In this document: positions 51,188 to 63,500 of the stretch, in pieces
Layout of the letters: each line of letters opens with the position of its first letter
Numbering within the stretch: position 1 is the stretch's first letter
NCBI GenBank assembly: GCA_030704615.1
Contig: CM060731.1
Coordinates: 58,962,001 to 59,026,000, forward strand
DNA length: 64,000 nucleotides
Source of the DNA: Takakia lepidozioides
Lineage: Eukaryota > Plantae > Bryophyta
Reading direction: 5' to 3'
Made by a program: the position numbers and the translations under genes
Notes under the pieces: model-generated
The model's database searches: none
What the model saw: the letters and a program-made list of their open reading frames with translations, nothing else
What the model was told of the DNA's origin: nothing

Positions 51188-54016
51188 TCAATGATTTATG
51201 GAATCCCTAAGGAGGAGTTTGTGCAGCTCGTTCACGCTCAACGCCGGTGCATGAATAAAGTCATCAATAGTCACGTTTCTCCTCAACCTCTTCAGGTAAA
51301 TGTAATACAGATGCTTGCACGGATAATACTTCGAACCCTTCTTTGCTTCCATCAACGAGAAGTCCGTACAATTGCAAGTCGGCTCCACTCCAATCGTAAT
51401 TGTGTATACATCGTCGCGTACAGCCGAGCCGGCCGTTGCCATCCGATACACACGCCCAAGGCCGGGTGGGGGTACGTCCACGGAGCTCTGAATAGTGCAA
51501 GCCATCCCAAGAGCATTGGCAATCCGAGTCTCATTCAACTTGTTGGGAGGGTGTCGTCTCTTCACTCTTCCGAATCGCATTGTGGGATGTGCAGAATTGT
51601 CCAATCCGTCTCTACTGGACCGAGCAGTCTGCAATGGCTGGGTCTGAGGAACCGGAAATGTGTGGGTCGGGATGTCTGTGCGTTGCACCATTCGAAATCC
51701 TGCTGCAGATAGAGCATCCGCCTCATTCTGAGAGAGGCTGCGACCCGGTGCAACAGGCCAGACGCCCGGAGGCTCCGGCATTCCCTGAATCCCGTACTTG
51801 GGCTTGCCAAATACACAGGTCATTATATCGTGCCTACAGAACCAAAATGTCTGCGTTGTGGCGTGAGCAAATGTGGGAGTCAAATTCTGCCGCTGAAACA
51901 AGGTGCAGGTACAGCACCGTGTGGGTTCCTCCGAATCATCTCACCACAGCGTGCTCTCGTATCCACCCGGATGGCGCAGCACTTCCCTCGAAATGCCGGC
52001 AATGTCCTCGCAATTCTCCACTGTGACTCCGACACTTTTGTCTCCACAATGGGAATGTTGTACTGCTTTACTACAGATGGCTCGTTATGTTGCCGGGGCA
52101 CGCGCCCTGTGCTCAAAGGAGATGGCGATCTTGAACGTGCAGGACTTGCGGTGCTCGACGAGACCTCCTCGGGCAACATCACCGGACCACGAGGGAGCGT
52201 GCGAATATTCTTGTCAGCTCGCCATGAATCCTCTTCTCCGCCAGGTGCCTCATCAAGTCTTCGTCTCACTGGACGGGTATGAACATCTCCTTCCAGATGT
52301 TGGCCTCTTCGCAGCAATGGCGTGTCCCGAAGGCCCTCTCGCAAGGCCGCCGCCCACTTCCGAGGATTCTTCGATCTACAGGCAGTCCGCATCAACATTT
52401 CCTGCCTGTCCGGCCCCAAGCCCCACTATTTTCCTTTCAAGAACTCGTTGTACCTGCATTGCTGCATAATTGACCTCACAATGTCCTCCGTTGTGGTAGT
52501 GAGGATGTCCACCAGATGCGCTGCAGAGGAGGCACGCCAGGAAGAGTGCACTGATTCGGCCATGTTTGTCGTGGGCATGTCGGTGTCGGAGTCGAGACAC
52601 ATTTCCTGCACAAACACATGTTCAGGTTACAAGCAAGTTACAAATATGGCCAAGAATAATATTCAACGGGACGCGAATTCGTGCAACTCACCTCCCGCAT
52701 ATAGTCGTCGAACTGGAGGAAACGATAATGCCACCATGCTAGCCAACTGACCATTGCTCCCTCGTCTGATTTCCTTACAGCACCTGACGATGTCCACCAA
52801 GCCCGTATGCATGCAAACTGTGTCTCTGCATCATCCAAGGTGGGAGCGCGCTTCCACGCAAGGCACATGGAACGGTGCTCCTCTTTGAAATCTGGCGCCA
52901 CGAGCCTGGTTGTGTACTGCGAAAGGCTCTGCAGAAAATGGAACCCACAGATCTCTCCTTGCCTTCCATGGGAACATTGGGGTCTTGCCCGTACACCCTT
53001 CGGATGGCAGCCCAATTTGCTTGTGCGTTGTCCGCCATGAAACCACGGAAATTGGGAGGGGGCAATCCCGCCTTGGCCATCTGTTCGTTTCTTCCCTGCC
53101 AAAGAAGCATCTCCGATTGTGTGTCCTCTCCTTTCATCTCACAAATAACAATTGTCATTAGCATCCTGCAGTGGGTGTCGTAGACATGTGCACCCATTGT
53201 CACCCACTGGTGATTTGTAATTCGCTTGATATGGTCGAACATGACCCAACTGTTTGACAAGTTCCCACTCGTCATTCTGTCGACCAGTTCGACGCCGCTG
53301 CCAGGTCCACACGTGGACATTTTGAATACGAAACAACGATCTGCCTCAGTCCCTTGTCCTGGAAACCTACTTCCATGAATGTAGTCATATCCACATCGTC
53401 GCTTCACCTCCAGAATGGAGTGCATATCCGAGCCACGCCCAATTTTCTGTTTGCATGAGACAATGTGGTTTCGGACATTCGGTGAACATACGTGGGACAC
53501 CGACTCCAGCAATGCCTCCATTTCCTTCTCGTCGAGAGGAACTCTATCGGAGCCGTCTTCCGACATAATTCTGGCCAATGCCATCTTATGGGTGGCTTGG
53601 AGCTGTATCTGTTTGGGTTTGGCACCCGGTCTCAACTTAACCTCCTCCTGAACGAGCTGCTTCTGCTTTGAGGTAGCCACTCTCTGATTCGCGGATTGTT
53701 TCGTAGAAGGCGCCAGGATAGAAGGTGCATTTGGCGGGCAAATGAAGTCCCCAACAGCCCTGTATATGACGCTGTCCGATGGTGGAACTCGCCATTCCCT
53801 GCCATCGCCGAAATCATCGTGGAGCACAACAATACTCTCGACAACAAGGCCGTTTGAGTCCTTCCTTTCCTCCTCCAAAAAAACCGACCCCGGTTTCAGG
53901 TGGTATCGAACGCACAGATATTTCTCCATCACCCGGCAGATGTCCCCTCTGCACGGAAATGAAGCTCTATGCTCGTGAGGAGGGCAGTACACTGTAGCGC
54001 TCGGGTTCTCCGCCAT
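51188..54016 (-). pseudogene. Mutator-type DDE transposase with C-terminal SWIM finger; one intron (~52691-52605); frameshifted
   Basis: WVMFDH (D1), GFMADNAQAN (D2), C.FH motif, TTNMAESVH (E), SWIM TCNCTDF...CKHLYY. Confidence 0.85.
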
Positions 54017-54269
54017 GGGAGATGTGCACACAAGACTGCCAGGATGGCGTGCGGGGAAGCTCCCTGGTAGAAGGGGGATGCAGCGATGGGAAGGAATGCG
54101 GTGCCGATTTGTCCAAGCGACAAAGCCTGATCCAAATCCAGGGAGCCAACTATCTCAAAAATCCAGAGTCAGAGTGTTAATGAACCTTGTCTCCGGAATG
54201 CGGCCCCTGGTCTTTGCGCAATAACTGCCAACGGTATGCAGTCAGAAAGTGGGGGCCGTCCGGATGATG

Positions 54270-56822
54270 ACGGCTGAAGGGGAGGAGCCGGCACCGTGCC
54301 GTCACATTACTACCCCCAAATGGAAATTCGGCACCCAATATCCAACAGGGGAAGCCCGGATGAAGTTGCCTCGGGCGCAGAGGCCGGCGCGTGTGCGACA
54401 GAGAAGATCCCCTGGATGGAGATTCGGCGCCGAATTTCCATCCGGGCCCCCCCAAAGGAAGTCGTGTCGGGGGTCAGGCCGAAAACTGGCCGGCATAAAA
54501 ACATCCCCAGATGGAAAAACGGCACCGAATTTCCATCCGGGGCGGTTTGGATGCACTTGGGGAGGGGGGAGAGGCCGGCACTTGGCCGTCACATTTCAAC
54601 CCCCGGACGGAAATTCGACACCGAATATCGAACAGGGGACGCCCGGATGAAGTCGCCTCGGGCGTAGAGGTCGGCACGTATTCGACAGAGAGCATCCCCT
54701 GGATGGAGATTCGGCGCCGAATTTCCATCCGGGCCCTCCCAAAGGAAGTCGTGTCGGGGGGTCAGACCGAAAACTGGCCGACATAAAAACCTCCCCAGAT
54801 GGGAAAACGGCGCCGAATTTCAATCCGGGGCCGTTCCAATGCAGTCGGGGAGGGGGGAGAGGTCGGCACCTGGCCGTCATATTTCAACCCCCGGACGGAA
54901 ATTCGGCACCGAGGAGAGGCCGGCACCTCTCCGACAGAGACCATCCCCCGGATGGAAATTCGGCGCCGAATTTCCATCCAGCAGGTAAGTGCAATCCCTG
55001 ATGGATGGAAATCCGGCGCCGAATTTCCATCCAGCAGGTAAGTGGAATCCCGGATGGATGGAAATCCGGCGCCGAATTTCCATCCAGCAGGTAAGTGGAA
55101 TCCCGGATGGATGGAAATCCGGCGCCGCATTTCCATCCTGCAGGTAATTCAAATCCCGATGGATGCAAATCCAGCGCCGAATTTCCATCCTGCAGGTAAT
55201 TCGAATCCCGGATGGATGGAAATCCGGCGCCGAATTTCCATCCTGCAGGTAATTCGAATCCCGGATGGATGGAAATCCGGCGCCGAATTTCCATCCTGCA
55301 GGTAATTCGAAACCCCGATGGACGGAAATCCGGCGCCGAATTTCCATCCAGCAGGTAAGTCGGATCGCTGGCGTATGGATATTCGGCGCCGAATTTCCAT
55401 TCACCAGGTATTTCATCGCTCAGAATTACCTTCCTGCAGGTAATTCTGATCGATGAAGGTAGGAAGGTAATTCCTCGCTCAAAATTACCTGCACGAAGGT
55501 AATCCATCGATCAGAATTACCTGCAGGAAGGTAATTCATCGATCATAATTACCTGCTGAATGGAAATTCGGCGCCGAATATCCATACGCCAGCGATCCGA
55601 CTTACCTGCTGGATGGAAATTCGGCGCCGGATTTCCATCCATCGGGGTTTCGAATTACCTGCAGGATGGAAATTCGGCGCCGGATTTCCATCCATCGGGG
55701 TTTCGAATTACCTGCAGGATGGAAATTCGGCGCCGGATTTCCATCCATCGGGGATTCGAATTACCTGCAGGATGGAAATTCGGCGCCGGATTTCTATCCA
55801 TCCGGGATTCCACTTACCTGCAGTATGGAAATTCGGCGCCGAATTTCCATCCATCCGGGATTCGAATTACCTGCAGGATGGAAATTCGGCGCCGGATTTC
55901 CATCCATCCGGGATTCCACTTACCTGCTGGATGGAAATTCGGCGCCGAATTTCCATCCATCCGGGATTCGAATTACCTGCAGGATGGAAATTCGGCGCCG
56001 GATTTCCATCCATCCGGGGTTCCACTTACCTGCTGGATGGAAACTCGGCGCCGGATTTCCATCCATCCGCTTCCGAATTACCTGCGTGAGGGAAATTTGG
56101 CGCGCCGCCCTACCGAATTTGCAGCGCCGACTTACTTGGAGGATGGAAATCCGGCGCCGGATTTCCATCCATCCGCGCTCCGAATTACCTGCATGATGGA
56201 AATTTTGCGCGCCGACCTACCTCGCGGATGGAAATCCATCCGCTCTTCGAATTACCTACATGACGGAAATTTTGCGCGCCGACTTACCTGGCGGATGGAA
56301 ATCCGGCGCCGGATTTCCATCCATCCGCTCTTCGAATTACCTGCATGACTGGAAAAATGGCGCCGAATTTCCGATTTTGGTGCCAGTCAGATCTGGGACT
56401 TAGCCATTTTCGGCCCCAAACTGGAAAAATGGTGCCAAAATAAAAATAAAAAAATAAAAATCCAAAACGTCATTTTTCCATTTCGGGGCCGAAAACGGCT
56501 AAGTCCCAGATATGACTGGCACCAGAATCGGAAATTCGGCGCCATTTTTCTAGTCATGGAGGTAATTTGAAGAGCGGATGGATGGAAATCCGGCGCCGGA
56601 TTTCCATCCATCCGCTCTTCAAATTACCTGCATGACTGGAAAAATGGCGCCGAATTTCCGATTTTGGTGCCAGTCAGATCTGGGACTTAGCCATTTTCTG
56701 CCCCGAACTGGAAAAACGGCGCCAAAAAAAAATTAAAAATTAAATAAAAAATCATTTTTCCAGTTTGGGGCCGAAAACGGGGAAGTCCCAGATTTGACTA
56801 GCACCAAAATCGGAAATTCGGC
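54270..56822. repeat. MULE-B internal repeats: ~290-bp units, then a 53-bp palindromic satellite arranged as a large foldback centred near 55480
   Basis: Unit GATGGAAATTCGGCGCCGGATTTCCATCCATCGGGGTTTCGAATTACCTGCAG. 55341-55402 is the reverse complement of 55557-55620. Confidence 0.92.
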
Positions 56823-57540
56823 AGCAATCTATCGGATTCCATCAACTCATCCATTCATTCCATAGCTTCACTTAGGATCTCTCTACACAGTGTGAGTATG
56901 AAGTATGTATCAGATTAATATCTATCAAGTATCAGGCTGAAGCCATGGAGTCTCGAATCTGCTCTATATTACAATTCTACTGTTTGCATTCATTAAGCAT
57001 CAACAGATCGTCCTCCTCCTACTCCGTGCTCTCCCTCTTTATGCTCAGAGATGCGCTCTCTGCCTCATTTCCCCCAGTGATGTCCGAAGTCCCCCCAAGA
57101 AGTGCTCCCCCACTCCTTCGAGCAGTGATTCCCCCATAAGTGATTCCCCTCCCGTCCTCGCTCATGGCTTTATCTTCCTACCCGTTTCCCTCACTAACCG
57201 TCATCCGTGTACTAATATGTTCCATTCGCAGATGTTGTTCCCCATAGTCGTTCCCTGTCCTGCTATCCGTTCCCTATGGTCGTGACAGCTGTGTCAAGCT
57301 GTGACTGGCTGTGCGACTGTGTTGGGCTGTGTCGACTGTGTCGAGCTGTGAGTGGCTGTGACGGCTGTGTCTGGCTGTGTCGGACTGTGACGAGCTGTGT
57401 TGGCTGTGACGGGCTGTGTAACCCCCTTCTAAAGTGCGTTGCTGTCACCCCTAAGGCTCCTGTTGGTCTCAGTCTGTGCAAAATTAAGGGTACCCCACAG
57501 ATCCCGTAAAAGTGTCTAAGTCCCAGACAGTCCTCTAATA
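56823..57540 (-). repeat. 5' portion of the 5' LTR of Gypsy copy 4 (inverted)
   Basis: Reverse complement starts TATTAGAGGACTG (TG mutated to TA) and follows LTR1 up to GATAGATTG. Confidence 0.9.
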
Positions 57541-58108
57541 GTCGCTCCTAGGCTTCCTTTTGAAAAACATAACATAAAAAAATGAACCATTCAAAACAGA
57601 TTCAAATAAAGGAATATTACAAATAAAATTCATGATCTGCCCTTATATATGACAGGAGGGCTTCTATAAGAACAAGCCCTTTATGTCCATGTCTGGCAAG
57701 GGAGAAATGAGTACAAATTATGCATGTCCAGATTTTTGTTTCTTCACAAGCCCGGGACGGCGGGCTTTTAACCCTTCAGTAATATATCGACCCATTTTGG
57801 GTCGGTTGGGTTAGCTTAACCAGCCATAACTTCCTATGGTTAAGGCTGATTGGCCCTTTTTTTGGGCTCAATCGACTGATAATCGGGTCCCCCTTCATAT
57901 GGCATTGGCCAATCAGTCAATGCCTGAAGGGGTAGGGGTCTGGACCAATTGGAAGGGGGCCAACTCAGCTTTTTGAGGCCATTTTGGCACCCCTAACCTG
58001 CCCAAGTTGCTGACATGGCAACTGCGGTCAGGTTAGGGTGAATGAATATGCACACATACATTCCTCCATATGCATGCATTTGTGTGCGCATATAGTATAG
58101 GCTACCTC

Positions 58109-59447
58109 CAAAAGATGTATGATAACAACACCGCCATGTTACAAACCATTAACAAAAAGATGCTGGGAAGAGTCAATGCCAATAAGTTGAAGGGGTACAG
58201 TGGTATCCATGACAAACCATTGCAGCATGATTTACATGTTGAAACGCAAAAGCAGTCACGGGCTGCACCAGTGATACCAACGGAGTATGGAGCACTTGTC
58301 GCTAAGCTGAGCATATATGACCAGAGCGACACAGCCTATCACAACGCAGCACGGCGTGACACAGCCTATCACAGCCCAGCAAGGCGCGACACAGCCTATC
58401 ACAGCCCAACACGGCGCGACACAGCCTATCACAGCCCAGCACGGAGCAATACAGCCTATCACAACATACCACAACGTGTCACAGCCTATCACAGCTTACC
58501 ACAGTGCAACACATCGTATCACGGCGTACCACAGTATGACACAGCCTGTCACAGCTCAACACAGCCTACTAGGGTTACACAATCCATGGAATCAGTGACA
58601 GGTGGATGCAGGATAACTTCAGGGAAATGGCCGGCGGAAGAAAAGATGGAAGCCAGTTTAGAAAGAGACACGTGGAAGTCAGGGCGCAATACACAGCTGA
58701 GAAGGAAGTGCAAGAATAGATGTCATCAAGAAAGAGGACAAGAATGGCCGTCAAAATACCTAATTAGCACGTCAATTCGGTTGAATGGCGGGCCCATTAA
58801 TGAATACGGAAAAGGGGCAACAGAACAAACGGCAAGTACAGAAAAGAGAAATTCTTGTCACATGTGTTATCCTAGTGGACAGTCCAGCAGGGAAAGTCCA
58901 CTAAAGAAAATTAAATCTAAAATCCAGTCACAGCGGTTACAGCCAATCGAAAGCCAGAGAAGGGATCAAGAAATTGGAGGGAATTTAAGCGCAAGAGTCG
59001 GCGTCGTTCTAAGTAACGGGTGTCTCGACGGGACAAACCATCAATGCTATAGCTTTGAAGCTATGGAGGAACTAACAGACTATACGCTCGCAATATTACT
59101 TACGCAGTGGCATAGGGAGGAAAGAACAAAGCGGATCTTTTCTCTTGATCGATACTTGCAAGCCCCGCAGGCTTACAAGAAATTACCCATAGCTTTTTGT
59201 GGCAACCATACGTTTATGCTTTGTGCCCTGCAGGCATTTCTTCAATTGTTACAGCCAAAACATTTCTGTGGGTCGAGAATGAAGAGAGTGAGAGGAATGG
59301 AAGAAATCAGGGTGAAAAGCACCACAATCCTGTAGAAACAAATGATTGCTACTCCACAGGCGGTACAGTTACTAAAGGAGCTGCGATTGCAAAGATTGGA
59401 CATTGCACCATAGACAGTACATGTTACAATTCTTGCAGAACTTTGAG
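58109..59447 (+). mobile_element. Gypsy copy 3 upstream part (integrase end, 30-bp repeats, start of extra ORF), inside the inversion
   Basis: ORF 58070-59335; ends at ACTTTGAG, the same 8-mer at which the 50354 fragment resumes. Confidence 0.9.
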
Positions 59448-60206
59448 GGGGGCTGCTATTTCATGAGCGGCATGAGCATGAGCGGAAAAAAAAAAAGCAT
59501 GAGCAGACCATTGTGAGTCCACGGAAATAGGGTTAGGAGGCACGGAAATAGGGTCATGTGAAGTTGGAATGTGACACCAGTGGACTTGAAATGCAACATT
59601 TTATTGCAAATTTTGTGGCAAGTCACGTCTATACAAGTGTGTTCTAACTGTCATAGCCGGAATGGGCACTACTCTCCTACACCTTCCGAGGAACTTGCCC
59701 CACCTTCTTCCTCATCCCCCTCATCCCCCTCATCCCCCTCATCCTCCGAGCTTTGTGATGCATCAGTTCCACTATGCCTCTCAAAAATCCTGTCCTCTTG
59801 GGGGACTGTCCACCTCACCTCCTGGGAATCTTCTGCATCTTCTCCCCCATCTTCTCCCCCAAATTTTGCGCGCCGACCTACCTGGCGGATGGAAATCCGG
59901 CGCCGGATTTCCATCCATCTGCTCTGCGAATTACCTGCATGACTGGAAAAATGGCGCCGAATTTCCGATTTTGGTGCCAGCCACCCTAGGGACTTAGCCA
60001 TTTTCGGCCCAGTCGGCGTTTTTTCGGCGTTTTTTTCTTTTTTCTTTTTTCTTTTTTCGACGCCATTTTTCTAGTTCGGGGCCGAAAATGGCTAAGTCCC
60101 AGATTTGACTGGGCCCAGAACTGGAAAAATGGCGCCGAATTTCCGATTTTGGGTGCTAGTCAGATCTGGGACTTAGACGTTTTCGGCCTCGAACTGGAAA
60201 AACGGC

Positions 60207-60256
<50 letters not shown>

Positions 60257-60519
60257 CTGGCGCCATTTTTCCAGTTCGGGGCCGAAAATGGCCAAGTCCC
60301 AGATCCGACTAGCACCAAAATCGGAAATTCGGCGCCATTTTTCCAGTCATGCAGGTAATTCGAAGGGCGGATGGATGGAAATCCGGCGTCGGATTTCCAT
60401 CCATCCATCCATCCGCTCTTCGAATTACCTCCATAACTGGAAAAATGGCGCCGAATTTCCGATTTTGGTGCCAGTCTGATCTGGGACTTAGCCGTTTTCG
60501 GCCCCGAACTGGAAAAATG
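59448..60519. mobile_element. MULE-B second end (TIR plus subterminal repeats), displaced by the inversion
   Basis: GGGGGCTGCTATTTCATGAGC followed by the same GAAATTCGGCGCC repeat family. Confidence 0.88.
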
Positions 60520-63500
60520 AGCAAACTGATACTTAAATACCAACAGTAAGGTAACTAGCTAACATGAATGTGGGAAGGAAAACAAATAGGAAACACCCCC
60601 ATGATACACTAGCTGTAGGTCATGACTGATTGTTCTGAGCGGGCTGAGTGCTTAGAGATTTCCAACTCTTCTATCTTGGAGTTTCCGCCTCGGATAGCGA
60701 AGGGATGGGTGAACAAAAGCCGCGCCACATTTGACGACCATACTGGGGATCTGGGTCATGAACAACCAGATGTGACAGGCATCTGGTGGGATCATGGTGG
60801 TTGGAGAATTAAAGAATTTGATGTGAATCAAATTCCTTGTGAAACTGAGAAGGAAAGATTGTCCAAACGATTCTTCCAGAGGTTTTTGGAATTGCCAGAC
60901 GGTTGTAAAGAAAACATTCTTAAGAGAGTGCATGATGCTGACCCTGAGTGGGGTCTGGAGAAAGGAGTGATAAAGATTTATCAGGTGGCCTGTAGAGGAA
61001 GAGCACGTTGGTTACCAACATTGGTTTATGTGATAGCATTGCTATTCATTAAGCGAGTAGAGTTTGAAGGCTGGGAGGAAAGAAAGGTGAATGTTTATAC
61101 TCAGCTTTCCAGACTTGTTTGTCATATGGTTGTATGGTAACGGAGACTTCAAGTATAGCCAAGGGTGCATTGAAGCTTGAAAGAAACCCAGGCATATACG
61201 AGAGATATTACATAAGAGAGTTTTGGTTATTGCCACATTAAAAAGAAATGAAAGACATGGGACATGAGTGATGAAAGAGAAGCTAGACGCCAGAGATATT
61301 CAGCAAAAAAAAAAAACTATCTGAAAGCTAATTATCCATATCTTTGGGAGAGAGGAATAGACATAGGGGAATCATCTGGACCTCTCACACCATTAAGATT
61401 AGAGAGTACATCACCCATACCGGAAGAACTAGAGTTGGATGCCACTCCTTCTGTTTCTTTGCAAGAAAGATTAAGGGAATTGGTACGGGAAGAAGATCAA
61501 TCACGAGGTGAAAGATCTGAGGTACATCCCTGGATAAAAGATTTGACAGAAATCTTTGATAAGAGTTGGCATGGAACACCAAAAGCAGGAACTCCAGTTT
61601 CTGAAGCGGAAGGTGAAGAAGGAGGAGAGGATGTGGCAGAGCCAATGGAGAGTTCAGACTCTCCAACACCATTGCAATTGAGTTACATGAGTGAAGAAGA
61701 AACCCAAGGGCAGAACTTGGAGGATGAAAACAGAGAGAAGAAATTGGAAGAGGAAGAGTATGAAGAAGTAGACCCAACAGCTGAGGTTGAGACTACAACC
61801 AGGACATCCCAACCCGTTGGACCTGGATCAAGTGGAGCACTTGGATCACAGGCCAACGAAGGTGTCGGCTCAAGGGGATCAGGCGGGCTGCCTGGATCTG
61901 GCTCTGGGGGGACAGGGAGTGTGGGAAGTAGTGCAACTGAAGCTGGGAATACTGTGAATATCGTGGGGCCAGTAGCAGGGAGTGCTCAAGGGCCACCACT
62001 TGGTGAAAGATCCACCACAACAACAACAGGTCCTGAAGGACCAGCACCAGCAAGGGTGCCAGCACCTATCAGTGGGCAAAAGGTAGGGCCACAGATGGCG
62101 TTACAACCAACACGGGCAAAACCACATTTTCCAATATATTCAGGAAAAGGGGATCCCAATGTACACATTAGCCAATTTGAGCACATGTGTATAGTGAACA
62201 ATGAGAATGACGATGATGCCAAGATGAGATTGTTTCCTTGTTCACTTATCAAAAAAGCAAGTGAATGGTATGCAAGATTCCCTGATAATCATTTTCTAAC
62301 CTGGAATGGCTTGAATACAACATTCCGAAATAGGTTCAGGACAAGTAAAACTGAGGATGAAGTGTATGGAAGTTTACAACAGTTAAAGCAAAAGAAGCAT
62401 GAAACTGTTGAGGAGTATATGGAAAAGATGGAATTGATGATGAAAAAGCTGGCTGCAGTACCAGCACCAGGTTTACAGAAGACTTGGTTTGTGAGTGGAC
62501 TAAGACTAGAGTTGCAAAAGAAAGTGGATATGTTACCCCATAATACAGTGGAGGAGGCATTTGAAACTGCAAACAAAATTGAGCAATTGGGAATGCTCAG
62601 GAGAGAGAAAAGGGATGATGAGGACTCTGAGGATGAGTCAGATGAAGAAGAAGAGCAAGAACTAAAAAGAAAGAGTAAGAGAAAGGAGAAGTTGAAGAGG
62701 GATAACTATGAAAAAAAAATTGGAAGAAATCTTGAAGAAGTATGCCACAGAGGCTGCAACACATTGGAGGAAGGGTGTATGGTGTGCAAAGTGCCAGAAT
62801 GAAGGCCATACCACCACAGAATGCCACATGAAGGAGAAACACTGTACTATCTGTAAAATGGATAACCATTCTACTGAGAATTGTTACTACAACAGAAGGA
62901 CAGCTGCAAGAGAACCTAGGCAAGTAAGGGTGCATCAGGTGCAGCCCCAGCCAAGAAGAAACAATGATCAGGACCACTATGGTAGGTCTGGTGGTTATAA
63001 CAATGGCATGGAAGGGAGAGGTAATTCAAGGGGGAATTACCAAGGAAATTCCAGAGGCAACTATCAGGGTAATCCAAGGGGGAATTACCAGCCCGGGAAT
63101 CAGGATTATAGAAATAATCCAAGAACAGACCAAGGGCGAGGACCCAATGGTGAAGAGCTATGTCACTATTGTAATCAGCCAGGACATCGCAAGGCAGCCT
63201 GTTCATTCTGGATAAGACACCAGAATGAGATGAGAGCTCCTGTGAATGAGGGCCCAGTGGTGGCAGCTCACATGGTTAGGCCATGTGTTGTACCAGAAGT
63301 AAGTACAATGATAATAACAAGAAGCAAAGCCAAACTAATACCTCCAGTAGTTGAGGAAGATGATGATAATGAAGGTGGCAGTGATATGCGTGAAGATGAT
63401 GAGGCTTGGAGAGATGAGAAGGAACTGCACAAGGAAGTGGCAGATACCATAAGGGAAATGCAGAAGAGTATTGATATTCCTATGGCAGATTCCTCTGATT

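Larger units (their letters stand above)
50355..56822 (-). mobile_element. MULE-B, main part (left TIR, transposase, repeat arrays)
   Basis: TIR GAGGTTTGCTATTTCATGAGC preceded by CTCAAAGT. Partner TIR and TSD are at 59440-59468. Confidence 0.88.

Noticed and set aside
54296-56611. Many ORFs with MEIRRRISI repeats (also at 50475-51137 and 59571-60549)
   Set aside because: These are translations of palindromic tandem repeats, open on both strands, and not credible proteins.
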